64,000 nt of DNA. It comes from Lama guanicoe (lineage: Eukaryota). Each line of letters opens with the position of its first letter. Position 1 is the stretch's first letter. The DNA lies in NCBI GenBank assembly GCA_013239625.1, contig MU053933.1, forward strand, positions 868,001 through 932,000, read 5' to 3'. This document shows, one piece after another, positions 38,860 to 52,085 of this stretch. Both the position numbers and the translations under genes were made by a program. The notes under the pieces were generated by a model. The model was not told the origin of the DNA, searched no databases, and worked only from the letters and a program-made list of their open reading frames with translations.

Positions 38860-39160
38860 CCACAGCCCCGCTGCGCCAGAGGAGCCCGGTTTGTGGGCTG
38901 AGTGCCCGCGGACCCCGCAGAAGCCTGGCCCAGGGACCGGGCCTCCCAGCCCTGCGGGGGCGCAGGACACGGCCCCGCACACACGGCCCGCCACGGGCAA
39001 CGGAAGCGCCGGGGACGCGGACCCCCGGGCTTGGGCGTGCGGAGGGGCAGCCGGGGCGCCGTCGGCATGGCGGCTGGCGTCCCCAGCATGGCCGTTTCCG
39101 GCGCTGAGGCGGCAACACTCCTTTCTATCCCAGGAGAGGGCCCCCCGCCGGGCAGGATCT
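38860..39160. promoter_or_regulatory. Small intergenic CpG-dense island
   Basis: Very high GC and frequent CpG (ggccccgcacacacggcccgccacgggcaacggaagcgccgg...). Confidence 0.45.
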
Positions 39161-39984
39161 GCAGAGCAGCAGCAGAAATGTACCATCTGGAAGCAGCTGC
39201 CACTCATGAGTCTGAGCGGGTTGTCACCAGTGGGGGGGGTCAGGGGGTCCCCCCACAGGGCCACTCCCTCCTCCAGCCTCGCCCTTGGGGAACAGCCCCC
39301 AAACAAACCCCACCAAGGACAGGACGACTGACTGGGAGTTGCGGTCTCTGGGGCCATCAGGACAGGAACCCTGGGGCAGTCGAGAGCCCAGGTGACACGG
39401 GGTGGGACACAGGACGGCGTCCAGGGCAGGGATCCCAAATCAGCCCCGTCCTACAGGGAAAAAGAGCCTGAAGGTGAGAAGTGAAGAGCCTCCCTGCTCT
39501 GGATTCTGGGGCTGCAGGTCCAGGCACAGCCGTCCCACTGTCTTCACAAGGTGGGGTCCCTGCCGCGGTGGGAGGGTCCCTGCTGCAGGGGTCTTTGGTG
39601 GAGAAGTCGGGGAGGATTACGGCTGACAAGTAAAATGGGGTGACTGTGTCCCCTTCGTAGCCCAAGGGGCGCCTGTGGAGCCCCGCCGCCCACCCAGAAT
39701 TTACCCCTGTGTCCCGGTCCCACACTTGCCCTTGTGCGTCAAGGAGCCTGAGGAGGGCAGGTCACGGTGGCCTGAGAGTGACTGGATGGGAGACACCTCC
39801 TGGATGGCGACAGGGCCTCCCCACCTGGTCCAGGGGGAACAGGCTTTGACCTGCTGGGCTGGAAGCCGTTTGTTGGTTGGTTTGCTGGTTTGTTTCAAAC
39901 CGCACGTTTCTGTTGAGAAGGGCGGGGAACTCCCCCGGCCTCAGAGCGCTGCGTGTCTACTGCCTGCACCGCGGGGGGCACTTC

Positions 39985-40245
39985 TCTTTTTTAACTGCAG
40001 CTTAGTTGAGCCACAGCGTCGGGCGGCAGCGGGTGCGCAGCACAGTGTTTCGGTTACACGTTTATAGGTGTGTGGGTTCTTTCTCATGTTCTTTCTCATT
40101 ATAGGTCATTACAGGACACTGAATGTAGTTCCCTGTGCTGTATGGTAGGTCCTTGTTGTTTATCTGTTTTGTACACAGTAGTGTGTATCTGCTAATCCCA
40201 AACTCCTAGTTTATCCCACCCCCCCTTGCCCTTTGGAAACCATGA
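39985..40245 (-). mobile_element. L1 3' terminus, antisense (laurasiatherian/cetartiodactyl-type)
   Basis: tagttccctgtgctgtatggtaggtccttgttgtttatctgttttgtac..agtagtgtgtatctgctaatcccaaactcctagtttatccc..ccctttggaaaccat. Confidence 0.8.
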
Positions 40246-41949
40246 GTAACCCAAGCCGACCAAGATGCACCCCGGCCGCGTCACTCTCCCTGCCAGGGTC
40301 TCCTCACTACCTCGTGAAGGCAAGGTCATCAGGCAGGTGACTTAGACTTCCCCATGTCTGGCTCTGCCACCTTTCTGATACTGTCACCCCACCACCTGCA
40401 AAACCCAGCAGCCCGGCCGCTCTGGGCCCAAATGACAGCTGACTCACAGATGGACACAGACTGGGGCGTTGAAACGGTCCTGAGAGAGGAGTAAATCCAG
40501 CACCTTTTATGGTGATGCAAGTGTGGCCTGGGGGCAGGGTCAATGCCCGCCACCATCAGGTCCTGGAGGTGGGACACTCAGCGCACGGGCCCCTTCTTCC
40601 TGGAGCCGGCCCTCCTCCCCCTTCGGGTGAGGAATGCTGACAGGGCCACGCTTTCCGCAGAGCCCCCGTGAAAGGGACAGTGTGGGTGGCTTGGTTTCCA
40701 TCAGTGCCGCACTGTGCTTTCTAGGGTCCCTGAGTGATTCATCTTTTGCTCCATGTGTTCAGTTACTCAGCCACCATTTACTGGGCTGGACTGCTTAGGA
40801 GGCAGAGTCCAGCAGGGGTGGCCACTGACCGAGTCCCTGTCCGCTCAGCACTCGGCGTCTGACGGTCGAGGTGGATGAAACGCCGGGCGAGCAGTGAAGG
40901 ACGATCTGCCCACGGCGGCCTTTTCAGTCTCCACGAGGTGTGTCCAAGGTGAGCGACTTTCCCTGCACATGGGACAAGGCTGCTCCCGAGAGGCTGACAG
41001 GGTCAACTTCCCCATCTCATTTCCGAGGTCCATGCGATGAAATGTGAGCTTTCAAAGCCGTGGTGGAGAGGCAGCGGCTGCTGAGAGTCTATGAAACAGA
41101 GTCATCCCAGAAAGGAGATGTGGAAAAAAGCGTCCGGGTCCGAGCTCCATGAGCACGAGCGGGTCGGAGGAGAAGGTCCACTGAGGGCCTCGGGTGGGGG
41201 GCAGCGAGGAGTCCTCTCTCGGGGCGGAGCGGGGTCGCACTTCCCCTGCTACCTGCTCCCGGCCGTGAGCGGCTCTGTCCAGCTCTGGCGCGCGCCCCAC
41301 TGGCTCGCCTTTGCTTCTTTGGTGCCGGTGCCTGGACGGGTGCTCCTCCCACACTGATGCGCTCCCGCCCTCCTCCTAACCCTCCAATCAGAGGGCTCCA
41401 CGCGCTCGGCGGGGGCCCCCCCACCGTACTTGCCTCACCCCCACCCGCAGCTGCCCGTGTTTGCTCACTTCCGGCGTCTCCCAGCTGAGGTCCAGACCAG
41501 GCTCGGGCCTCAGAGGGTCGGGACCTCCCAGTCTCACCCGCTCCAGACAAAGAAATAGTGGTGGCTTTCAAGGGGGAAGGACCCACCCAAAGCCGAGGGG
41601 CAGGTTTCCGCGCAGCAGAAAGTGGAAACTGCCTTTAGGTTTCATCACGCTCGTGTGATGGATGTTTTTTTCCTCTGTTACCATTTTAGACATTTTTCAT
41701 CTAATTCAATAAATCCTAGGAGATCTGGGCTGTGACAGCCCTCTCACTATTTGCTTTCCATTTGTCCACCATTTTATACCCTTTTCTCTCCTCTCCTGTC
41801 TTAAGATGTTTCAGATATTTTCCACGACCAAGTCCTCCCTGCATTTTAGAAACTGTAACCAAATAGGGAAAAACAAAAGCGGGAGGGAAGCCCAGAACTG
41901 GCTCGTACGCCACCTCGGTGTCTGTAAGGGCGGAAGAAGAAAGGTTGTG

Positions 41950-43030
41950 GAGGAAACACAGGGCTCTGCGATGTGAAAGCTCAGTGGAAGTAGGTAAGAT
42001 CTGAATACCTCACGTGAATGGAAATCACAGGTGGAGGCAGCGGGGTCACTGCGCACTCTACTTCGCGCATATTTGGAAGTCTTCCTGACGACACCTTGAG
42101 CGCCCAGGAGAGGCAGGTCCACCGAAGCCTAGAGGGGAGCCCAGCCGTCTCGGCGGGAAGCGATGGCTCTGTGCGTGGACAGGAAAATTGTGTCATAAGC
42201 AGTTTCAATCTTTGGGATGTGAAAACAAGGACTTAAAATAAAGGATTTTTGTCATGAAACCACCCCTTTTATAGAATAAGAGGGGTTCTACACGTCCAAA
42301 TGTGCTGTCACAAATAACTCACGTGGCATCCTGGGCAGTATAGACGGCCACACGCAGCTGCAGGAGGGCGAGACTCCACTGCCCCAGGGAGTCTGGGGCT
42401 ACACCATCGCGTTCACCATGGCCTTTCAGGGTTCACTTCCTAGGACCCTTCAACATCAGACGTATTTGGAATTAGGCACAGAAATTTTAAGGAATTCAAA
42501 CTAAGGAGCCTAAAATATGTTCAAGTTAAGGGATGTATGAATAGTCGAAGTTTTGCCTATTCATAATTTGGTCCATCACCATAGAAGCCCCACCTTGTTT
42601 TTTCTTTCAATTAATACAGGAGTAATTGATATGGACTTGGGATATTAAATAGAAATTTTACTGAATGTATTTTTGATACTGAAACATTTAAGAGAAGTTG
42701 AGAATCACCATGCTTACAAAGCTGATTTCTTAGGTAATTAGATCAATGGTAAACGTTGGTTTGTTACTCATTCACTGAAGCACTTGCCAAGAAAATTAAG
42801 TTTGCTACATTACGCAGTTTAAAATATTTGAAAGTGTTTAACATTTGCTTCTATTACTCAAGGGCTATTAAAACGGCCTCTGGTTACCAAACTTATAAAT
42901 ACGAGCTGAAGTGAACTATATGGAAGAACTAATTATCAAAGTCTCAAGTTTGATAAAAAACGAAGATTACTGTTTAAAACCAAAGCCAATTTCTGAGTTG
43001 TGTTCTGTACAGAAGCCAGCCATGAGTGTG
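41950..43030 (+). mobile_element. Decayed hAT-Charlie-like transposase coding remnant
   Basis: AT-rich island; gcatatttgg...ttgagcgcccagga resembles the LAYL...LSLQG block; 3' part resembles a hAT dimerisation-domain tail (..PKPISELCSVQKPA). Confidence 0.4.
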
Positions 43031-45158
43031 CCGAAACTCACATGTAACACGACAAGGCAGGTGCGGACAGGAGCCCACCATCCACGACGCTCGTAAGTCG
43101 CAGGGTGCTATGCGCGAGGCCTCTACGGAGTGCCCGGCCCGGGCGTGGGGGCGCTTAACCTGGGAGAGGCAGGCTCAGGGTGTGGATCTTCTGTGCGACC
43201 ATCTCCTGCCTCCTCTTCGGCTCCCTCTTCAGCAGCCCCTTCCCGGCCTCAGCTCTGCCAGGATCTCCCACCTTGCACACAGCCCTCTCTGCAGCCCTCT
43301 GTCCTTCTGTCCGTCTGCCCTAGATTCCACAGGACACCGCCCCCCCGCGCCCTCTCCACACCAGTTTCTTGGGAGGTGCCCCCACCCCAGCCCAGCACAG
43401 TGTGTGTGTGGCATGAACGCACTAGCTCCAGTCGTCACGATGGTCAAAGTGCAAGGCCGCCCTCATCCTCTGACCTTCACCTCCGACCGTGGCCGGTGGT
43501 GGGGGCACCGAGCTGAGGCCTTCCCAGCCGTGGCATCTCGCCGCCTCGGGGGCCTGCTGCAGGTGCCGGGGAAGCACCTGAGGGCCCCGGGACAGCAGGC
43601 ACCCTGCGGGGCTGCCAGAGGCTGAGACCCGAGGGAGGCGGGAGTCACCCAGGGGAAAGGCAGGAACGGGGCGGTCCAGCCAGGACAGTGACCAGGGGAG
43701 CTCAGGGCCTGAGTGTGAGTGGCTGGGCACGGCCCCGGGGAGGACAGGCCGGAGGGGTGGCCCGCGCATGGGACGGTGCCTCTCTGAACAAGAGGCCGGC
43801 GGCCCATGGAGACAGCCACTTCAGTCACACCATCCCTGGGCCTCAGTGGGTCTTGACGTGGGCCCCAAATATGGTCACCCTTGTCCACCCACGAGACCCA
43901 CCAGTGCCTCCCATCTCATCACCAGTTTTCCGCCTGAGCTCCTTCCACGTCTCTAGCAGAAGGGCTGACACTTCTGTGCCTCCCGCTCCATGAATCTCCC
44001 TTGGGCATCACATTCGAGTGGCGTGGACGACAGCCGGGTGCGTCTGTGGAGTCCCGCCCACCAAGACCCTGTCATCAGTGTCTTCTAGGGTCACACCTTG
44101 AGTGCAGCGCACTGGCCATGACTCCCCGCTGGCAAAGCAGACTTGTAGGCCCCTCCCTGAAGGAGGCCTAGGCTGAGGATTCTCCATTAAGTGGCCACAG
44201 GTGTGGGCGGAGGGAGACGTGGAGACAGAGAGACTGGCCCGGAGTCTGAGCCACTGCTCACTTGGTTTCCTGGTGCCATTCAGGCTGCTCGGGGCTGGTC
44301 TTCCTACAGAAACCTCCCTGCAGTGGAATCCCTTGTGCATCGCCACGGTCACGGTGGGGCACGTGGTCCCAGCGATCTCTTCCGGGGGTGCAGCCCTTCC
44401 CAGCTGCATGACCTCTTGGCCGTCGGAGGTGATGCAGCGTGCATCCTGCTATGACGGGGGAGGCCCCGTGCGTCCAGGAGGGGTGGTGCTGGCGGGAGGA
44501 CTGAGGGAAGGCAGGCCAACCTTCTCATCCCCGTGAGGACAGAGTGCTGCCCCTCCGTGAGGGATGGGGCTGATGTCCCCGCTGGGGGACATGGGTAACT
44601 CGGCAGTGGTCGAGAGCCACACTGAACAGTGGGAGAGCCAGACTGCCTTGGTGGATGGAACACCACGTGGAGGAGCCGTGTGGACCCGCCACCCTGCCAC
44701 GTACATGCAGATGGCTTGTGACTCTCCTTCCTGATCAGAACAGAGAAGCGTTCTCCAGGCAGAGCCACGTAGCTGCTGCCGGAGGCTGGACTGACTTCCT
44801 CCAGTAAGGATGCAGCTCTGGACCACAGCCACATCACCACTGACTGAGTTCGAGAAAACCCAGTGTCACACTCTGGGGTCCATCTGACACAGGTGAGTCA
44901 CACGGGCTTGTGTTCTGAGTCCCCACCCCACGCGTCGCCAGCGTCTGCTGCCTTCCCCCGGGGTGCAGCGCAGGGCTTGGGTCATGCCTGGCAGGGGCGT
45001 GGTGTAGAGGGTGTTCTGGGTCTAGGGAAAGAGTCCGGGGTGGGGACTCTCTCTGCAGGTGGAGGAGGCTTGGGGACCCTCGAAGCTCAAAGCGTTCCAC
45101 TCACCTGTCCTCCTCCCACGTCTCGGGCCCCTCTCTTTACCCCGCCGGGCCCTGATCT

Positions 45159-45325
45159 CAGCACGGGGGTTCCTGCCTCTGCACTGCTCACATCTGGGCC
45201 AGATCATTCTTTGCTGGGGGCTGTCCTGTGCTGCATTCCTGGCCTCTACCCACAGGATGCTGGGAGCATTCCTCCCAGCTGTGACCCCCAAAATAGCCGA
45301 CTTTGCCAACTCTCCACCGGGGGTG
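45159..45325. mobile_element. MER20 hAT-Charlie MITE
   Basis: gcactgctcacatctgggccagatcattctttgctggggctgtcctgtgc..cattcctggcctctacccac..gatgc..agctgtgacc. Confidence 0.8.
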
Positions 45326-46289
45326 ACATCCTGGACTTCGGAGACCTGGCCACTTCACTCATCAGCCTCCCAGCCAGGCCCCAGTCCTGGTCTTGGCAAT
45401 GTTGTCCTGAAGCTGCAGGGGCCAGGAGGCTCCCCCACGGCGGCCCCTCTGAGCCTCCACTGCATCCAGGGCATTTTAATTTTCCGTTTTCCCCTGTAGG
45501 TAGAAGGAAGCCTGGAGACTGAACTCTGTTCGGTCACCCCTGGGAAACCACGGTGACCTGGCTTCTGCCCCAGTGATTCAGCTCCATCTGCGTTCCAAGT
45601 TCCGCCGCCTCGGGATGGTGGGAATCACTGAGATGCTGTTATACCTGTGTCCCCACGTCCCGTGTCCCTGGCAGGGAGATTATCCTGAGTTTACAATCCC
45701 CCCCAACCCCAGCCCCTCTCTGAGGACCTATTTTCTGGGCCACTTCTTGTACTAACTACGTTATCGGTCAGGATTCTTTATAATAGGGGACGGGGAGCAG
45801 GGCAAAGGGAAACCTCCGAGACAGAAGCCCCAGAGGCCACAGCAGTGGAGCTGTCCCCACCCTGGACCAGGGGGCGGGGGCGCGTGGACGAGGACACTGG
45901 AAGGAGACTGCGTGCAGCAGGCCGCCTTGAGCAGAGCAGTGACTTTCAGTCACGGAGACAACGAGGGGGCTGCCTCCCCTCCCCTAAGTCCCCACCAGGG
46001 CTCCCCGCAGGCTGAACCCATCCAGAAGCCAGAAGACGGGGCCTGGTGGCATGTCCTCGCGCCCAGGACAGGCGAAGAGAGGAATGGAGAGAGGACCACA
46101 CAGGCAGCCCCACAGCACGACACTGCAGCCCTGCCAGCCTGGGGGACGCCCGCACAGCCACCAGGCTGTTCCCACTACAGCTGCCCCTGTGCTGGAAGGC
46201 CCAGCCCCACCTGCTCAGGGACGGCCTGTCTTCATTCAGCCCCAAGTCAGTGCCGCCTCCTCAGAGGCCTTCCCGACTCTTACAACCAC

Positions 46290-46395
46290 AGTGTCCCCAC
46301 TCCCTAGAGGGAAGCCTCATGCAGGCAGGATCCCTGTGTTCTGAACACCCAGAACAGTGCCTATCACAAAACAAGTGCCCAGTGACTGTGTGTCC
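46290..46395. mobile_element. L2 3' end fragment
   Basis: ctagagggaagcctcatgcaggcagg ... cccagaacagtgcctatcaca. Confidence 0.55.
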
Positions 46396-47655
46396 ACCTG
46401 CCCACTGGACTTGTGATGGAATGTGCTGCCTTTTGCCCAAAACCAAACATCTTTATGTCTTAATTCATCCATTGATACGTCTAAGCACCCCTGCACCCAT
46501 CCCGTCACCCGCCCCCCGTACGGACGTACATCCACGCGAGGACCCCCGCACCTACCCATCCAACATCCAAGCATCCATCCAGAGCTCCATTTGAGGTACA
46601 TTCTCCTGCCCCTTTCAGGACCAGCATCTGTCCACCCTGTGCCCGAGGCTTAGGACAGTGACCTCATCTTCAACTCCTCCCTGGCTTCCTTTCTGGGAGA
46701 TGGCATGTTGGAGCCCACGCGGGGGCCCTGAGCTGTCAGGACCATGGACGGAGAGGCCTTTGCCTCTTACGAGTCACCACACTCACCCCCTCGCCGCTGC
46801 GAGTAGCCCTGCTCTGACAGAGGGCCCAGAGGGTGTGGACGTTTTCACAGCCATGCGAGGCAGGCAGGCAGGCACGTGGTCACGGGCTGTCGCCGTTTTC
46901 CCTATTTGCCCCCCACTCTTAGCAAAGCACGAGCACGGGGGCCTCCGGAGCAGCTGCTCTGGGTTCCGTCTCATTTTCTCTAAGGCAGCGCTTCTGCTTT
47001 CTCTAGGAGGCGGCCAAACGATGTGACGACGATTCATTAGCGCTGTGCTGCAGGGCCGCTCATCAGCCACAGGAGACGTTCCCAGGCAGTCAGATAACCA
47101 GATATTTATTCCATGGAGTGATGAATCCTCCGTCTGACTGAGTCTGCCACCGACGCCGATGGTGATCCCCACCCGCCCCAGCGCACCGCGTGTCGCCGGC
47201 AGCAGCGCCCTGCAGACACCGCGGCTCCGCGGGGGAGTGCTTCCACAGAGGCTCCAGTTTTGTGCCATTTCCCACACGTTTTCTTTTCGTTTTTAGAGCT
47301 AGAAAGTGGGTGGCAGGCCAGCGTGTAAAACCAACCTGATCACCAGGGGGTGATGGCACGTGGGAGCGTCATAGGCTGATACTTTTATCACACACACAGT
47401 GACACGGAACCCATGCTCCTGAGAACAGCATCCCTTAAAAGAATCAGTCTGGGGTACAAAATCGTAAAAATGACTATTTCTAGACTGTTGGAGGCCAGGG
47501 TGCTCTCGTAGGCCGCTGTGACGAGGTTTGCATGGAGTTGGCGTCGGAGGCTGCCTGTGTCTTGGGCGTGGGATCCAGCTAATCGGCAGGTCCCTGAGAG
47601 GGACTGTGTGGGGTCCCCTGGTGCGCAACGGCGCTGTGAATAGGATTGTACAGAG

Positions 47656-47707
47656 TGCGTGCACGCACACATGCACGCACACAGACACACACACACACGC
47701 ACACACT
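47656..47707. repeat. Imperfect (CA)n microsatellite
   Basis: tgcgtgcacgcacacatgcacgcacacagacacacacacacacgcacacac. Confidence 0.85.
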
Positions 47708-48964
47708 TGAGGGAAGCCATCTCTGATGACTCACACCTGCTTCCCAGAACGATCAAGCCCTGGGCTCTGTGACCTCACTTGCAAGCTCTGCCAAGACACA
47801 ACGTCTCCTCGACGGGGAAAGGACCAGGGGCCATGGGGTGGCGCCGTCTCGGCTGCGTTCGGACAGGTCTAGGGGGCGGCGTTTCCTTCGCTCTCCCGGC
47901 AATCTACGAACGCATCAACAGAACACCAACCCGCAGGGCCAGGTATTCAGGAACAGGGTCAGGCTACTTTTGAGCAAAATACTTGGGCCAACTCTGCTGC
48001 CCCACAAAGCACAGACAGAAGGGCTCCTGGCTGCAGCGTGGACAACCGCAGCCGGCAGGTAGCCTGCCCCAGACTCAGATGCCCTCTGGGGAGGACAAGG
48101 TGACAGAAAGGGCTTCAGTGCCACCCGGGGAGCCCTGTTCCAGAAGCAGACCCCGCGCTGAGCACTTATAAAGGCATCGGTCTCACTGGGGGGGCCTGGA
48201 AGCCCTGCCCAGCTACCTGGTCTGGCTTGGCAGGTCACTTTGGATGAAGGACAAGACAAGGGCCACCTTTCAACATTTTGCTTTGAAGTCACTGTTTCAA
48301 CCGCAGGCTTCTCATTGAGAGGGTCAGTGCTTAATTCAAAACTAACCCCTGCTGTTCCTCCTCCAGCGCGAGGAAAGTCTGTTCCTCGTGCGCCCTCCCT
48401 GGGGTTAAGATCTTCCTGGGCCGGTCTGGTCCCTCCCCTGTGTCTATATTCATTCCCGCACAGCCTCCGGCGGTTTGTCCAGCCGTGCGTGCTTCTTGCC
48501 TCCCGCGCACAACATGCTCATCAAAATATCCCTCTTGTCATCTGGGTCTTTCTGCAGCCACTGCGTTCTGCCCTCGGGGAGGAGGAAATGAGCAGCAGTC
48601 CAGGCCCCTTATGGAAGCAGCTCGATGGTCTGTGGATTCCGCAGCAGTAGATTAACTCCTCAAACGCCGTGGGGCCTCGGCCTCCAGGTCAGGGAGCCTG
48701 GATGGCTCTGCGGCCAGGGTCCTGGAGCTCAGAGCGGGCAGCTCCCAGAGTACACCGGTTTCCCCAGCCAGATACCCTTCTGGCCCTTCCTCACCTCTGC
48801 GTCTGGATGGCCAGGCCCTGAGAGCCTGCCCACCCCGGCTGGGCCTCTCAGCCTCGTGCACATGGATCCTGGAATTGAACCAGTGACGGGGGCGGGGGGT
48901 GGGCCAGCTGTCTCACTGTGGGAGTGGGAGGTAACAGACAAGCAAGAGGGGGGCAGTGGACCAG

Positions 48965-50160
48965 CATGGAAGATACCAATATGATCACATTTGACTCAAC
49001 ACAGATACAGAGACTGCACGTGGGAGTATTTATGGATGTGTGTATACACAGGTCAGCATGCACACAGGTATTGCCTTGCTTGGTCAGCTGCCAGGGCCTA
49101 GAAGCAATGACCCCAGTAGCAGTGCCAGTGCGCACACCCAGCACCAGATGTTGGTTCCTAATACCGTTCTCCAGTCGAAGGAACCAGGACACCCTGGGGA
49201 GACAGCCGAGTCCAAGACCAGGGCTAGAAATGTACAAGATGAGCTGGAATGTCTTGTGGTCCCAGAAAGCAGGGAAGTGCGAAAGAAAGAGAGAGAGAGA
49301 GAGGAAGGAAGGAAGGAAGGACGGAAGGACAGAAGGAAGGAAGAGGAACGTCACAGGGACACAGGAGCCAACTGAAAGAGCCCCCAGTGGTCAAAGTGGG
49401 GACAATTTGAGCAAAAACATAAAGTAGTACTGGATTACAACCCAAAGAATAAAACAAATATCCATGAGTCCATTCAGCTATAAATAAAAATAGTTGAATA
49501 AACAAATACATTGGAGGGAAGAGACAGATTTCCCCTGCGGAGAATTCAGAAGGATACATACAGCCCCTCTGCCCGGGCTGTGCACGACCGTGCTCCCGAG
49601 GAGGGCAGTGTGGGGAGGGGACACACAGCAACCTCCTGGGAGAAACCCACAGCCCCACCTCTGCCAGGGTCACGGTCAGTGCCAACGGGGACGCGGCGTG
49701 TTGATGCCCGGACGCCAGGCAGGAGGTGATGAGTAAGGCCCTGCACCGCCGTGGTCTTCCTCCCAGAGCCCACACCCCTCCAGTCATGAGAAGAACGTCA
49801 GGTAGACCCCGAGGTGGGGGGGCATCCCACAGGGCCAGTCCTCCTTGAAACTCTCAAGAGCGTCAAAACCAGGGAAGTCTGAGAAGCTGTCACCGCCCAG
49901 AGGAGCCCAGGGAGGCAGGGTGACTGGTGTAATGTGGTTTCCTGGTTGGGAACCTAGAACAGAAGGAAAAAAGAAAAGAATGTCTGAATAAAGTCTGGGC
50001 TTCAGATACAAGTAAAGTACCTGTTCATGGGCTGCGGCGAGCGTAGCAGGAAGGATGCTGGTAACGGGAACCTGGCGCAGGAACCATGAGAACCCTGCGT
50101 GCATCTGCCATCTTTCTGTGAAGCTAAAATGGCTCTAAAGTAAAATTTTTATTTAAAAAG
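48965..50160 (+). mobile_element. L1MD-type 3'UTR fragment, containing a GA/GGAA simple repeat at ~49282-49348
   Basis: gcctagaagcaatgaccccagtagca, ggagccaactgaaagagc, ggacaatttgagcaa, aacccaaagaataaaacaaatatccatgagtccat, ctgtgaagctaaaatggctctaaagtaaaa end. Confidence 0.85.
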
Positions 50161-51374
50161 TGTAACGAGCAGATTTAGCCTGTGACTCATGGATGTTACT
50201 GTGAAATGACCCGGCACCTCAACCAGGGCGCCCCGCTCTGCTGAAGTGACTCAGGCTGGACCACGATTGGCCCCTCGGGGTTCTCTCTCCCACCAAGAAA
50301 GCACATTTCCCACCAAGTTCCCGTTCTGCTTGGGTGACGGGCTGGTGGGATGTGAGTTCCAGGCAGCCAGCCAGCCGTGACCCCGGCCGCATGGGGAAGC
50401 ACAGTGGGAGGAGATGGAGACAGAGCCACTCCCGGACTCCTCAGTGCTGAGGCAGAGCACCGTCTTGGCTTACATTTATTTGGTCTGAGATTCTGTCATT
50501 TACAGGCGAAGCATCTGATGAGCACTGGATGTAACTGATGTTTCATTGGTCCCAGATTTTAGAAAGAAAAGAACTTTGGGGAATCGTGTCATATCAGCCA
50601 AAATTGACGTTTTCATGGGACACCTCATAGATGAAGAATTCCGATCTACTTTCTTCCAAAGCACCAAACTTTCCTGTGCGCGGTGTTTCTTCGCTCTGCT
50701 CGTTACGTTCAAGATGCCACTTGAAGTGTTGCTGGTGGGCTGTTAGACCCACCCCTACCTCTGTGTTTAAAAGAGGGAGGGGCAGCAAATGTATGTTGAA
50801 ACAGCAAAGGCAGCAACCCCCAGGTGTGTTTCATCACCACACGCACAGGGTGGCTGCGTGTAAATGTCACGGGAATGTGCACGCCTGGTCGCCAGGGAGA
50901 TAGCCTTGAAGAGGGTGATGCTGTGCACACGGTGTCCCACACGCTCTTTGGCTGACAGTCAGCAGGACCAGCTCCCCTCCCCGGAAGGCAGCGAGGGGAG
51001 GGAAGCCCGGGCTGTGCCCCAGGGATCCTCACAACAGGTGGACCCTGGCCGGCACCCCCGCCCCCAGCCGGACGCCATGTCCCCAAGTGTCTGAGGGAGG
51101 AAAACGATTGCCCACTGCCCTGACATGGGAGCGGGAATTTTCTTTAGTGTTCAGCGCTCTAAAGGAGCCTCTTCAGCAATTCTTAAACCTACTCTCCTGA
51201 GGGGAATAAATTACATCTGCCATGGCAACAGTGACCCAGCGCCTGCCACGCAGGGAGCCGGGCAGCCGTGATCCAGTGCTTGTCATACAGGGAGCACAAG
51301 AGAGAAGTGAGTGAGCGGGAGAGAAAGAAAGGCGTGGATGAAGTCGTGCTGCATGGGGCCGAGAGTGCTACACA

Positions 51375-51505
51375 TCTTCTACCATGTAATCCTTGCAGAC
51401 TTCACAGAGAGGCCCATTTCACAGAGAAGAAAACTGAGGCTCAGGAAGGGTAAGCAACTTATCCAGTGTTGCCCAGCAAGCAAGAGCTAGACTCAAACCC
51501 TGGTT
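51375..51505. mobile_element. MIR
   Basis: cccatttcacagagaagaaaactgaggctcaggaagggtaagcaacttatcca. Confidence 0.75.
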
Positions 51506-51589
51506 GCCCACACCCCAGGACCTGCTGGTCCAGAAGCTGCTCTGGTCCTCCCAGCCTCCTTACACATGTGTCACCTGCATCCAGGTCAG

Positions 51590-52085
51590 CTCAGTTCCCT
51601 CCACAGCTTTCGATGCTCCAGGGACTTTGGTTACACGTAGAATAAAACCCCAATCCCTGCTCTGATCCCCGACTGTCCTTCGGCCTCTGCTCCGACATCT
51701 CCCCACCCAGCACCAGTTGCCTCTGGCCCTCCCTGTTTCCACTCCTTCCTTCTGGACAGCTCTCCCTGTGAACAAGTCTTCTCCTTCACTGTATTTGTGT
51801 CTCTGCTCAAATGTCACCTCCTCCATGATGCCTCCATGATACCTAAAATAGCAGCTCAGGGAAATCTCTATCCTCCTTCTTGGCTATATTTTTTTCTTCA
51901 TAGGTTTTATCTTTGTCCTGGCATTATACGCCTCTTTTGTTTATTGTCTATCTCCCCACCAGAATATAAGTCCCAGGTAGATATTGTCTGTCTCCTCACT
52001 AGAATATAAGTCTCAGGTTGGGAGAAATCAGCCTGTCTTATTTACTGACAGAGCTTTTTGCAAACCTCTACTAATAGCACGTGCA
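51590..52085. mobile_element. L2 fragment with a locally duplicated cagaatataagtc end
   Basis: gtagaataaaacccca, tctctgctcaaatgtcacctcc, ttattgtctatctccccaccagaatataagtc. Confidence 0.7.

Noticed and set aside
50515-50542. TGATGA...CTGA C/D-box-like pair
   Set aside because: Boxes only about 20 nt apart, intergenic, no convincing terminal stem or guide region; too short for a snoRNA
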